A stretch of DNA of 64,000 nt from Eledone cirrhosa (Eukaryota): positions 56,668,001-56,732,000 of the forward strand of contig OZ024745.1 in the NCBI GenBank assembly GCA_964016885.1, in the 5' to 3' direction. The notes beneath the pieces are model-generated. The model saw nothing but the letters and a program-made list of their open reading frames with translations, was not told the origin of the DNA and searched no databases. Within the stretch, counting starts at the first letter, position 1, and every line of letters starts with the position of its first letter. Positions 13,091-26,232 of the stretch are shown piece by piece. Made by a program: the position numbers and the translations under genes.

Positions 13091-13308
13091 ATTAATTCAA
13101 AATATTAACAAAAATAGTCATTCGTGTGATCAAGTATATTTTATTATACATATTTCAGAGGTACTGAGCTATCTTCAACAGTACGTCCTCATCAGATAAA
13201 ATATTTTATCTGATGAGGACGCACTGTTGAAGATAGCTCAGTACCTCTGAAATATGTATAATAAAATATACTTGATCACACGAATGTCCATTCTTGTAAT
13301 ATTTTGAA

Positions 13309-13314
<6 letters not shown>
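13091..13314. repeat. Near-perfect spacer-less palindrome centred at 13202/13203
   Basis: ..CCTCATCAGATAAAAT|ATTTTATCTGATGAGG..; arms of about 110 bp. Confidence 0.92.
13201..13269 (+). ncRNA. Type I hammerhead ribozyme motif (mirror copy on minus strand at 13136-13204)
   Basis: ATATTTTAT-CTGATGA-[GGAC GCACTG..CAGTAC CTCT]-GAAA-TATGTA-TA-ATAAAATAT; 9 bp stem I. Confidence 0.75.
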
Positions 13315-13367
<53 letters not shown>

Positions 13368-13502
13368 TGACAATGTGTTGGTTGTTTACCGATACACCTG
13401 GCTGGAGCACTCGACGAAGTACGCAGGTTGGTTTGTTTACTCCGGAGTAATGTAAAATAAGTAAGTCAAACATGTTAAATTTGGCTTCGTTTATTATAAA
13501 TT

Positions 13503-13559
13503 CACTGCTATATATATTTCCGTGACAGCTATTATTGGCTGTGACCTCTTCAGGCAATA
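13503..13559 (-). ncRNA. Type I hammerhead ribozyme motif (inverted copy of 12780-12832)
   Basis: Reverse complement TATTGC-CTGAAGA-GGTCACAGC..GCTGTCACG-GAAA-TATATA-TA-GCAGTG. Confidence 0.75.
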
Positions 13560-14934
13560 CGAATTAATGTAGAAAGAACAAGTAAATATGGTGTTGAAAT
13601 GTGTTCCACTCTGTCAATTCATCGATGTCCAGCTCCTGGGTGTGTTGTTAGTCCTACGAGGAACTGGAATCATATGTTTCCAGTCACAGTCACAGAGGTC
13701 ACAGCCAATAATAGCTGTCACTGAAATATATATAGCAGAGAATTTATAATAAACGAAGTCAAATTTAGCATGTTTGACTTACTTATTTTATATATATATA
13801 TATATCTGTGTGTGTGTGTGTGTGCGTGTGTGTGTGCGTGTGAGCGCGTGTAAGTATGTGTGTGTACGTGTGTATGTGTGTGCGTGTGAGCGTGTATGTG
13901 TGTGTGCGTGTGTGTGTATGTGTGTGTACGTGTGTGTGTGTACGTATGTGGTCTACTTTACCTAACCATAATTATAATGCTTAAACTATATGAAAAAACT
14001 GTAAATGTATATCATTTAATTCAGATTTAATATTGATTTTCTTCAGTTTTAATCGAAAGAAAATATTGACCTTCAAAATGATATTAAAAAATACCCATCA
14101 GCGATATTTCATGATATTTAGTCATATACTATAAATTATTATATATATCTTAAAATTGTGTTTATATTTAATGTTTGCTGCTTTAAACATACAATCTTAT
14201 AATTAAATGAAAATCCACAATGAATATACACATAAGACAGTTGTAGTCATAATAAACTCATTACTTATAATCATTATTGATATATTTAATAGAACGGAAA
14301 CATAACTATTATCCTGTTTGCGGTGATGGGGGGTAAGAATAAGTTTACTACATCGAAGACTAAAATCCAAACATCTTCAATTCACGAGGTATACTTATGA
14401 TAGGAAAAATAATTAATTATCAATTGCAATGTGGCATAATATTTAGAGAGTCGGATACAATATCGTACATTATTCTTTCCGGCACATTACATTATGATTT
14501 CATCTCCTCTTCGAGTTTGCGTACTAACGTACAATGCTTGGTTTTCTCCAGGGCTCTCCCTTTTTTCTGGGGAAAAAAACATGCGTGTAAAACGCCCGGT
14601 AATAATAAAGTGATTCCGCAAAGTGATTCGACACAAGATTTGCATGACGACTAATCATGTCTCTAGAATACGTTAAAAGTTGATATGATGCATTGCAATT
14701 ATATTTCTAGAGGAGGAATATATATTGTGTTGGACCAAGTTTGTCTTGCCTTGTACAAATGGAGTAACACGTTATATTTTTTTCTATTCGAAAATATGAA
14801 ACCATTAATCTTATATAACCAGTTCCACGAGTGGCATCTATGTCAATTCTTCTCTAAGAACTCCTTCCAAGACAAGATCACATAATGTAATGGATTAAGT
14901 GTAATGTCCTAAAAGACACTTCATTTTCGTTTCA

Positions 14935-15290
14935 TAATTGTTTCTACTTTTGGCACAAGGCTAGCAATTACCCAGTGTATTACTGGTAATTTATTTTATC
15001 GACCCCGTATGGATGAAAGGCAAAGTTAACCTCGGCGGGATTTGAACTCAGATCATAAAGGGACGTAACTGTGCAGGAAAGCATGTCCGACCCTCTACCG
15101 ATACTGCCAATTCACCGCCATTGTTAAATAAATTCATAATTGTTTCTACGTTAGGCACAAGGCTAGCAATTAACTTTATTTTTGGTACTTTATTTTATCG
15201 ACCCCGTAAGGATGAAAGGCAAAGTTAACCTTGGCGGGATTTGAACTCAGAATGGCATGGCGTCCGACCCTCTACTGATACTGCCAATAA
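14935..15290 (-). mobile_element. Two tandem tRNA-derived SINE copies
   Basis: Reverse complement of the 7325-7514 family, twice (about 14935-15122 and 15137-15290). Confidence 0.85.
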
Positions 15291-16239
15291 ATTCATAATG
15301 ACATCGAAACAGGGACCTTTAACATTACCTTATAAACAGGAAGCATATGGTCCTAGGTGGAATGCGTTTATTCATACAACAGTTTCAGCAGGTATTTAAA
15401 AAAACAACAGCATCTATTATCAAGAACTAGGTGCTGCAAGATATCTGTAATAAAGTAGGATGTGGGATATTAGATCCTCAATTCTAGATCAGTTAAATTT
15501 AAAAACTTTTAAAAATTGACTTTTCTTTCTCCTATTATCATCTCTTCTTCGCGTTTCTTCTTCGAGTAATGTGTCATTATCATTTCTTCTTCGCGTTTCT
15601 CACTAGCAAACATACACTAGCAAACATACACCAACTTACAAACAGACAAAGACTCTTGTTCCTCGAGATTTTTTGTATTTCTTTGTATAAAAAAGCTATC
15701 ATGAAAGTAGGTCTGTGATCCAGTTATTATTTGAAAACCTCCCCTCCTTTAATCGACCCAGCTCACCGAATCTGACCTCACTTGGTTAATAACCACTCTC
15801 ATTATTCCGCCATTCATAAATTGAAAATTAATCAGTATGGAAGAAGAAAGGTTTTATAAGAAAATAACAGAATAAAAGCGTTTGTTGATGCGGTCTAAAT
15901 ATAACCCCAGATGTTTCTTGTTTGTTTATATGCTTTTACGTAACACTTACCTCTGTGTTGTGTAAATATAATTCTAGCACACAGCAAAACCCATGTTAGT
16001 ACTTGACTACAATTCTCAACAGTAATGTTATTACTTAGATATAGGAATCACAACATATTCTGCCTTTGTGCATCTATATCTTATTGAAGCACACATCGTG
16101 TTTATCCTACTAACATCATCTTCGTTCGTTCATATTACACCCACGCACTACTCCACACACCCATACACACACCACCACATACAACTAGACGCACAATCAT
16201 ATGTGTGTGTATATATATATATATACAAATATATCGAAA

Positions 16240-16283
<44 letters not shown>

Positions 16284-17213
16284 CACAAATATATCTAAGT
16301 CTATCTATCTCTCTCTATATATATATGAGTATGTTTGTGTGTGTACGTTTGAGTGTTTGTGTATGTTTGTATATACTTATATACATACATAGATATCAAC
16401 AAGCCCTCCCACTTTGTTTATACTAGGACGCCGTTTAACAAGTTAATCTTATAAATAATTCTCACTAGAACAGTTTATGCAGAAGTTGATCGCCTATATT
16501 AATGTAAGATTTTGACATGTCTATAAACTATCGTATATACAACAAATATATCGTATTTCTAATCCACTGAATCTCTACTATGAAGATTCAAGTATTCATC
16601 TATCCTTATATTTTTAGTTGCATTCAATTCTAAAATACTTCTAAATAATTCGCATAGAATTACGGCTTATAATGGACTTTCACTATTTAACACATGAATA
16701 AATAAATTGATAAGTCCCTAATGTTTGTTAAATCAGTTAACATTTTTTATTTATATAAGATAAATTCTGATAGATGGTGGTTTGTTTTTGTATTTCAACA
16801 CACCAACTCAGGCAATATTAATTTAACTGAACTATTAGCAATGTTCAACCAGTCGTAATTATCTCGTCTTTATGTTGTGTCAGGGACCACGTTTTCTACG
16901 TATCACATAGTATTCATAGAGGAAAAGGTTGTATTTACTGAAACATTTATAAAACTTATAGAGGCTATTTTTGGGGGTTATAAACATTGATTTTACATGC
17001 AACATACTTCAGAATTTATCTCAAACAAATAGAAAAAATATGAAAAACATTGAGCGGAACAACTACAATTCAGAAAGGCTTGCGAAAATATAAACCAACA
17101 TGTGTGAAGCTCAGATTTTCGAACTTACGAAATCGCTGAGGAAATAAATTAATAAGAATATGTAGGAAACTTAGGCGCAGGGAATAACGGAAAATTACAG
17201 TCCATTGCTATGA

Positions 17214-17250
<37 letters not shown>

Positions 17251-17254
17251 TATC

Positions 17255-17480
17255 TATTGTTATACATTGGGTGTGTCATGCTGCCAATAAAATCACACGC
17301 ACCTGTTGGTTTTCACTTCAATTTATAACACATTTCCAGTTAGTTGGTTTAATAACCGGATGGTTGTTTATGTATTATCAAAGCTCTATCGTCACACATT
17401 CTGTGACCGCCACAGTGATAAATTTGTAATTTTCTGTCTCTCCTTTGTTCTGTCCTACCCCCGGATACGTAAATGCATTC
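17255..17480 (-). mobile_element. Old diverged copy of the PLE pseudo-LTR family at 32247-33085
   Basis: GTCATGCTGCCAATA..CACACGCACC..CGTCACACATTCTGTGACC..TTGTTCTGTCCTAC shared; hammerhead core eroded. Confidence 0.65.
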
Positions 17481-18030
17481 GTGAGGCAATAATAATAATG
17501 TGTTAATAATATTAATATTCGATTCGTTTGCAAGCAAACAGCCTCTTTTCGCTTGTGTTCTAGACGACTAACATCATCCTTTGTTTCGGTGCTAACAGAG
17601 AGAAAAACATTCTACCAGTAAGCCAACTATAGTCTGATGAGGCTTTTGATTCCAGAGTCGGGCCCGAGTGATAGAGATTGAACATTGAGCTGATCAATCA
17701 CGAAACGCACGTAACACCTCAATAAACTAAATGATGATTTGACTTCTCAAACTTACTTATTATTACGATATATGTGTGTCTGTCTATCTATCTATCTATC
17801 TATCAAATCTATCTATCTATCTATCTATCTATCGCTGATAGTAGACGTGTGTTACTTCGGCTGCAGCCTTTTGGATTTGTATTACGTTTTTGACTGTGAG
17901 TTTGTTTTTCATTTGCTTTATTTGTGTGACCTAACCTCCCGCCTGGATCTCCAGACGGGTGGTTATTTTATTTTTACCCCTTTTTGGGGGTAAAAACTAC
18001 TTTGAAAAATGTGTATACCAACTTACAATA

Positions 18031-19793
18031 ATGGACACCATACATGAAAACCCAACTTCCACGCCCCCCAGGGAAAGTGATAAAGAGCAACAAGTAACTC
18101 AACCTACTGAAGCTTCCCTTCCCTCGCTTTCGCATGCGAGTATGGAATTGGTTTTGGCGAACAATTCTAAAAACTTGGGTAATAACACAAACAATGGCAA
18201 CAGTAAACTGAAAGAATGTATAAATTACACTGACACCAACAACAGCAACACAAATAACAAAGAAAATAACACAAACACACACGAAAGCGAAAACAGCAGC
18301 AACAAGGACAAAGAAAACAACATAAATGTGAACTCAAAACCCGAAAAACTGGGTGAAAACCCAAAAAACTGTACCGCAAACAACAACAACAAAAATGCAA
18401 TCACCCAAGAAAAAAAGAACAACAGCAACGAAACACACAAAAAAGAACCCACTACACGAATATCCTTTGTCCAGGTCGTTAAGGAGACCTAAACTTTCAC
18501 CCCAGTTGACATCAGTAATGCAGCGGAATTGCTAAAAGAGGGGAGAAAACAGGTGAGCTTTTGGTGAAAACGCTGAATTCACCATCAAATGCGTCGAAAA
18601 AACCAGCTCAATTATCGCATAGCAAAATTGAGCTGGTGTTAAAAGACGCGTTGAAGGACATGATTCTTATAGAGAGAGGGAAGTTATATGGGAGTCTGAC
18701 AATTTTGATGAAGGACCAATTGGTGGCCCAAAAATACTCGGTGTCGCTAATTGTGTCCAAACTACACTTTCTTCCCCACCTACATGGGGAATAAAACTCA
18801 AAAAATAACAAACTCCGGTATACACCCAAATACAAATATGTGGTGGATACTAGGAGGGATACTGGACGACGAAGATGAACTCCTTGATATAGGCAAAGCC
18901 ACCAGGGGCCACTTTTGCGGTATAGGCATACAGGTTCTGGTTCGAATGAAACCGGAACGTATCGCAAAGATACCCCAAAGAGTGTCCCTGGAAGGCTCCC
19001 AATTTATGAACATTGCAATTGAGGATAGGCGGCCCGCTTGCTACCTCTGTGGAGGCAGAGGTCACCTGGGGGCTGCCTGTCCTCAACAAACTAAAAGACC
19101 TTTACTGCCAACACCTGCAAAATCAACATCACCACCACCACCACAACAACAACAACAACAACAAACACAAGTCAACAAAAAACTGAACACGGACCCACCC
19201 AACCCCTCCACACCTAAACAACTCCAACAACATACATAACAAAATCCCAAAATATACAAAGAGGATCCCTTAACGTCAGAAGACGAGCGAAAAAAGAGGA
19301 TCCCTTAACGTCAGAAGACGAGCGAAAAAAATAGAAAACACACCGCAGCCACACACAGGAAAATAACCCCCCCCCCCCCCCAAAAAAAAAAGTCAAATAG
19401 ATACAGAACAAAAACCAATAAAAATTACACACACACAGCTATGCACATACTTCAACACAAAAAAATATAAAACTTGTAAACAAAATTGAACAAAACTCTT
19501 CGATGCAAACCATAGGGCCAAATTTCACGAGGGACACAGAGAACTCCTCTTTAAAAATTATTAAAACTCCGATAGACATTTATATAGAACTAAAAGACAA
19601 TTTTCCTGAGGACGTCCTCCCCCCCCCCCTGTGTAAAACCAATGAATCGAGTCATCTTGAAAAATGTCCCCACTCCAGATACCCACACCAAACCTCAACC
19701 CCACCACACTCTGATGCCCCCCCCCCACCCAACAACCCCTCCGCCACCACAATGGAAATTGTGCGGCCGGGTCCTCGGGACGCAGAGAGGTAG
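18031..19793 (+). pseudogene. Tx1 ORF1, disrupted
   Basis: ORF pieces 17959-18492, 18561-18794, 18751-19239, 19503-19793. Confidence 0.8.
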
Positions 19794-19821
19794 GTGCCTC
19801 CTTTTTCTCTTTACCACCAAC

Positions 19822-22800
19822 ATGGCTGTATTGAGAGTGGCTTGTCTAATTGCGCGTGGCCTGGGGTCATATTGGAAGCAAACAAAACTTCTAAATGACC
19901 TCAGATCACGCTGTTTAAATGTGATGGTCAATTGCGAGGCCCGGATCAGCAGCGTGCGCCAGTTAGCCCCCACTTTTAACGACTTTGAGAGCACGCATCT
20001 CTCTGTCAGCCCGGAGGTGGGAGTGGGGTTGTCGTTCTGCTGCAAAAACATCTGGGTCTCACCGAACAGACGCTACACCTGGACTGGAAGGGTCGACTGG
20101 TGGTTTTAGACCTTTGCAGTGGTGAAGGCGGAGCCTTTAGGCAGGTCGCCGCCTACGCCTCTTTTGGGTCAACGCGGCGGGACTTCTTCCAGCGTCTGGA
20201 GACTTTTCTTTTAGTGGGGGACTGGAATGGTATCCTAGATGCACGTTGGGACTATGTAGGGGCATGTCCCGATAGAGGAGGATGTAACAGTCTCAAGGAG
20301 TTAATCGGCCGATTTGAGCTGGCCAATAGATATCGACTAGATTTTCCGACTGCGCCAACCTGAACTTGGGCAATCCGCAGCGGATCATCTAGGTCGTACC
20401 TAGATAGGGTCCTAGTTAGAAATAAGGATAGGGACCTTTTAAGCTGTCCAGAGATGCTCATGGTTGGCTATTTGGATCACAAATTAGTGACCTGCATACT
20501 CAACCTTGATAGAACCCATAGACAGGGATCCGGTTACTGGAAACTGAACTTGTACTTACCGGCAAGTAAAGTGTACAGGGACCGGATTAGTACTTTAGTT
20601 AAAGAGCGGTTGATGGGAGCGATCGTCAACAGAAGGTGGTGGGGATCTCCCAAAAGAGAGATTAGAGTAGTTTCAATAGGATTTAGTAAGGAGTTGCCTC
20701 AGATAGAAGTAGGAAGGAAGGGAAGTGGCAGATCGTGTAGAAGAGGCAATTAGAAGCGGCGACGTGGCCAGAGTGCTAGCGTCGAGAACGGCCTTGGGCC
20801 AGTTCTTTGACGCGAAGCACGAAGGCTCCGTTGTCCGAAGCAAAATACGTGTTCTAGGAAACGAGGGAACCAAAGCTGTTAGCTGGGCCCGCGTGATAGA
20901 AGCCAAAAGAGGGATTAGATCCACTATCCGGTCTTTGTGAGACCAGGATTGACGGGTGATCCTTGAACCTAAGCAGATGTGTGAGGCCTTTCAAAGGCGA
21001 AGTTCTGCGAGAGGCCGATTTCAGCTGCTGAGATAGAGGACGTGCTGAGCCAATGCGGCAAACGCAAATCCCCGGGTGTCGATGGTCTTCCATACGAACT
21101 ATATCTAGCTATGCCGGACTTGTTCCCCGATCTCCTCGAGGCAGTCTACTGCAACTGGCAACAGAACGGGAGAATTCCCTGTGCTGTGACCAAGGGCGTA
21201 GTCACGCTAGTGAGGAAGGACAAGAACAAGGCGGACGAAATAAGTAATTTCAGGCCCATAACTCTGCTAAATACAGAGTTAAAGATTTTGGCCAAAGTGT
21301 TAGCAAAGAGGTTGGCGCTTGTCGTGGGCAACCTGGTGCGAGATGCGCAGACATGTGCTATCCCGACCAGGTCCATTCACGACAACCTCCACCTTATGCG
21401 ATACATCATAGGGACGGTTGGGAACGAACCCGGCTTTGGTGGAGCCTTGATCAACTTGGATCAATCTAAGGCGTTCGATAGGGTCGACCATGGTTACCTG
21501 GATGCGGTGCTAGCGGCGGCATGTTTCGGACCCGTTTTCAGGGGATGGATCTCTGCCATGCAAAGCAGCCGCATCTGCTCTAGAGTCAAGGTGACGGCTA
21601 CCTCTCGGAGCCGTTCGAAATCACGCGGTCCATCCGACAGGGGTGCCCTCTCTCCTACCTGTATGTGTTGGCCCTCGGGCCGCTGCTGCGGAAGTTGGAG
21701 TTGTTGCAGGGCATCCCTTTGGAACCCGGATTTCGGAAAGCGATATCGGCCTACGCCGATGAGGTAACAGTAATGGTGTCGACCAACTCGGAAATCGGGG
21801 CGATCGGTACCTTACTGGAGGAATACGAAAGGTTTACAGGGGCTAAGCTGAACCGAGACAAGTCTATCGGTTTGCAACTCGGCACATGGAGGGGGAAACC
21901 GATGCCCTCTGATGGCGTCGTCGGACGCTGAACGGAGGGCCCGGTGAAGTTGCTCGCGGTGAAGAAGACCTGGGGTGAGGTAACGAACAGGTTGTTTGCA
22001 CTGACCCAGAAGTGGGCCAAGTGCAAACTATTCCTGAAAGGTCGAGCTGAGATGGCAAACACTTATATAGCGTCCGTCATCTACTACCGCCTGACCGTCG
22101 TGCCTAGCCCAAGGCAAACGCTCACCAAAATGGAGCGCGCACTCTTCCAATTCCTTTGGTGAGGAGATCCATCTGCTGTCAACACCCTTTGAAAGGAGGG
22201 CTGGGGGTGCCGTGGCTGCTGATGCGTAAACACGCATTAAGGCTACGGCACCTCCAGGTATTCCCCACCGGTCAATCGGTGTGGGCCCGATCTATGAGAC
22301 GAACCTTTCCGAGATTCGTCTCACTGAGCTGCAATCCTGGGTCAAGCAAAGACCGAGAAAACTGGGCGCCTGGCACACCGAGTGTGCCCAGGCTCTCTGG
22401 CAGGCGGACCCGGCTATCAGTGGAGCCTCCACCTCGACATTCTATAGAGGGCTGGTGCGCAGCAGGTGCTACGACGCCCTCGGAGATGCCCTAGACATGG
22501 AGGAAGACGAATTGGCCAGTCTGTTTGGTAGGACATTTAAGCCGGGGCCTATGGACAAGTTCCAGAGGTCTCTGGCCTGGCAGTGCTACCGAGGGGCTCC
22601 ACCCGTTCGAGAAAAGCTTTACAGACACGGGCGCCCAGTTAGGGACCCCTCGAAAAAGATCTGTCCCAGATGCGTGCGCGACGAGGAAACCGTCGCGCAT
22701 GCATTGGTACACTGCCCGGGCGTCGCCGATCCGTGGGGCTATGTCGAACGACTGCTGTCACGAGTGGAACCTATCCGGTTGACCACCGAGTCCATTATAA

Positions 22801-23078
22801 CGATCAAGCCACCTCCCCCCTTCAAAAATGAATGAGAGGCGGTGTTTCTGTGCGTAATAGCCATACTGAAAGAGTTTGTATGGTGGAGGCGTTTGAAAGG
22901 GCTGAGGTCGGGCACCTTTCTCTCCGGCCAACAACTGGTCCTTTTCTTCCGATATCATTTGGGAAGAAGGATCAGGATGGAGAGAGAGGTGCTCCACCCC
23001 AGCCAGTTTTATTAAAGGTGGGTGAAAGTGGCGAGAATGGCCCGTGTGAATGGGTCTTCTCTCTATATCAGCCTGTAG
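19822..23078 (+). pseudogene. Tx1 ORF2 (APE-RT-zinc finger), disrupted
   Basis: Starts MAVLRVAC like the ORF2 at 1412; many frameshifts and stops. Confidence 0.88.
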
Positions 23079-23300
23079 GTGAAAAAGAAGGAAGAACAAG
23101 GGAACATCCTCTCTCTGCTCCTGAGGAGAAGGGTTGCACACTTTTTCGGAGGTGTGTACGACCCCGAAAAACGCCTCCTCCCTATTGAGTACTTTATTGT
23201 TAATTTTATATTTGTTATTTGTGTTGTTACTCGTTCTTTTGTGTAAACTCCACCCTTGTATTTGTCCCCTTCTGTTGTGCCCTCGTAGCAATAAATAGAA

Positions 23301-23393
<93 letters not shown>

Positions 23394-23925
23394 TGTGTTG
23401 TGTGTGTGGTGTGAGTGTGTGTATGTGTGTGTATGTCTGTGAGAGTGTATGTGCGAGTGCGTGTGTTTCTGTATGTGTGTTGTATGCTTGTATATATGGA
23501 TTTAACATTCTCCTATCCAATGAACTAGACAAAATCTTCACAAAGATATTCAGAAGATTAGATGCTTGATAATTGATGGATCGGTGGTGTTGAGATGTTC
23601 GACGCAACCAATGCTTTGTATTCGAACAAAGAATATTTGAATAATAAATTAGATTTCGTATAATGTATATTCTAACGATTCTTATATAATACATTGATGG
23701 ATACTCTATGGGTTTACTCAACTATCGAGATATATTATGCACGCTCTTCTAAATAACAGCTTAAAGCATTAAGAATTAAATTATTTAATACAAAAACGGC
23801 CGGAACAAATTTGACGAAAATTCTACTGCATTGCCTCTAATACAAGATAATGCAATGGAAAGAAATCATGTAGCAGAATACTCTTGCGCAATGTACCATG
23901 CAATGAAATCGAATGCGTAAACACG

Positions 23926-23965
<40 letters not shown>

Positions 23966-24101
23966 GTTATATAGTAAGGTGCATTATTGGTTGTGTAAAA
24001 TGGTCCAATAACTTTATGTTAGCAATATTAAGTTCTCCACGCTTTTATATATCTCCAATTCCATTCGAGGGAACAGCTAGATGATGTAAAACAGAGTATA
24101 A

Positions 24102-24979
24102 GTATCAAAATGAAAATCCGAAGGCAAGGTAGAATTCCAATCATTTAATCACGACACATGTTTCAATAAGAGATAGATCGATTTTGAAGCCATGATCGAT
24201 TATCACTGACCTCATCAGGTGAAAATGAATTGTCTTCAGATTCTTGATATGAGGGAGAAAAAATAACGATGTTCTCTCCCAGAATTCATTCCCTCATATG
24301 GAGACACACCAGTCAGTGAACTTACTTGTGTGCACGCGCGCGCGTGTGTGTGTGCATGTGTGTGTGCATGTGTGTAGAGTTGGTTAACCCAATATTTCCA
24401 ATTTACATCGTCAAATTGAGATAGCTTCTGTTGCTTTGTAAACTAACTTTCGGTGAGTGGTGTGTTGGTACATTCTTATATTTGTTTTTTCTCGGACATC
24501 GCTTCGGTGTGTGTAAAAGTGTGTATGTACCCACCCACGCTAATTCTACGGGTTTAATACTGTGTTGATGTGTGTATATATATGTATATATTTTTCTTTG
24601 ACCTAGAGCCGATGTATGTTGATGTGGAGTGTGTGTGTACCCACTCACTTTCAACTATGACTGACTGTATCCCTACAGATTTGATTGATGTCCAGCGTCT
24701 TTTGCAGCGATAGAAATCTGGAAACTTTTATGCCCTCAACTAAAGCTAATAGCAGTTGCCGTGTCTCTGACTGACTGGTGTGTCTCCATATGAGGGAATG
24801 AATTCTGTGAGAGAACATCGTTATTTTTTCTCCCTCGTATCAAGAATTTGAAGACAATTCATTTTCACCTGATGAGATCAGTGATAATCGATCATAGCTT
24901 CACAATCGATCCATCTCTTATTGAAACATGTGTCGTGATTAAATTATTGTAATTTTACCTTGCCTTCGGATTTTCATTT

Positions 24980-24984
<5 letters not shown>
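24102..24984. repeat. Inverted repeat (arms ~24102-24317 and ~24770-24984), PLE pseudo-LTR-like
   Basis: TATCAAAATGAAAATCCGAAGGCAAGG.. matches ..CCTTGCCTTCGGATTTTCATTTTGATA; followed by (TA)n. Confidence 0.9.
24865..24938 (+). ncRNA. Type I hammerhead motif with long stem II (mirror copy on minus strand at 24149-24222)
   Basis: TCAC-CTGATGA-[..GATAATCGAT..ATCGAT..]-GAAA-CATGTG-TC-GTGA; GUC cleavage triplet. Confidence 0.7.
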
Positions 24985-25063
<79 letters not shown>

Positions 25064-26089
25064 GGAGGGTCATACTGTTGTAATAATATTGCCAGAAATA
25101 ATAACAGAACACACTCACCGATTGATTTAACACCTGGTTATTTACAGATTTTATTCCAAAGTGTCCATGATAAAAAAACGTGAGGTTAAATATCCATTCA
25201 ACCATTACTAGTATATTAATAACATCTTATCAATTATTTAGAATCTGATTCTCTGGGGGTGTTCTAATCGGTTGCATAATATTTCATGGTCTGTTATTGT
25301 TCATGTGTAATTATGAAAGTTTCCAATTACAGATATACTGTTGTCAAGATATGGTATTATTTCATGATTTAAATGGTTTCTGATATGTTTGTTGATATGT
25401 TATCACAGACCTTTAGATGTTGTAGTTAGTGGTTATTAATATGAAAGTATAAAGATATAAGTTTACACTGATGTAGCTGATGTCTCAGTTATTTCGATAA
25501 TCGTAAATGTAATATTTCCTCCTTGTTCTATTAAGCTGTAAAGGCAGGGATTGCATTGCACACTCTCACAACACTGTGATGTAGTGAAAATGTGGCGAGT
25601 AAAGGCCGCCTCTAAAAAAACTTAATCTTCGCTTGTCTCAACAAATTAACAAATTGGTAAATGAGCCGGCTATGACCAACAAAATTACTTGCATTATGGC
25701 CAGATTCAATAATAACAGCCACATGCATTGTCCTTCACAAAGGGCCTATTCGAAAATACATTGTTGTCTCCATCTAACCCCCAAACAACTGATGGTGTTG
25801 GTGCCTATTCGTATTAATGGTCTCGACCGAAATAATATGACACTGAATACAACTGTCCGAAATGGCGTTCATCCGAATGGTCTTTGGTGTAACGTTATTC
25901 GATATGCAAAGAATGAGAACAAACACGCACAATATATTGTTCGGCGCTCAGATGATTTGCTACTTTTAATTAATAGTTTACTTTACCTGAGACGAAAGGT
26001 GAGAAAAAGCAAACGTGTCCCGGTTGAGAAGAATTAACGAAAGGTTGTTTGAACTACGCTTTCAAATAATTGTCAATTATTTATAATTG

Positions 26090-26232
26090 TCGGTGGATTG
26101 GCCCTTTTACGGTCTGAGTTCAAATCCCGCCTAGGTTAACTTTGCATTTCATCCTTACGGGGTCGATAAAATAAAGTACCAGTAATGCACTGGGATAATT
26201 GCTGGTCTTGTGCCAAAAGTTGGAACAATTTA
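26090..26232 (+). mobile_element. tRNA-derived SINE, internally deleted
   Basis: GAGTTCAAATCCCGCC..CATCCTTACGGGGTCGATAAAATAAAGTACCAG. Confidence 0.85.

Larger units (their letters stand above)
12691..13645. repeat. Long inverted repeat (arms ~12691-12980 and ~13360-13645), PLE pseudo-LTR-like, enclosing a second palindrome
   Basis: ACACACCCAGGAGCTGGACATCGAT.. matches ..ATCGATGTCCAGCTCCTGGGTGTGT; flanked by (TA)n; third partial copy at 13694-13790. Confidence 0.9.
17833..23303 (+). mobile_element. Near full-length, decayed L1/Tx1-clade LINE
   Basis: ORF1 with CYLCGGRGHLGAAC; ORF2 with APE (GDWNG, YLDR, LDHK), RT (KSPGVDGLPYE, FRPITLLN, LDQSKAFDRVDH, AYADEV) and C-terminal CPRC..ETVAHAL.HC. 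Flanked 5' by (CTAT)n and 3' by AATAAA plus (TC)n. Confidence 0.92.

Noticed and set aside
17625-17720. CTGATGA...GAAACGCACGTA hammerhead-like string
   Set aside because: Stem I cannot be formed and stem II is incoherent; at best a decayed or fused relic.
25150-25570. Possible very old PLE GIY-YIG remnant on the minus strand
   Set aside because: Only a vague residue pattern; too degenerate to support without an HMM search.
25633-26037. 134 aa ORF in non-repetitive sequence
   Set aside because: No recognisable domain, non-ATG start and no clear splice context.
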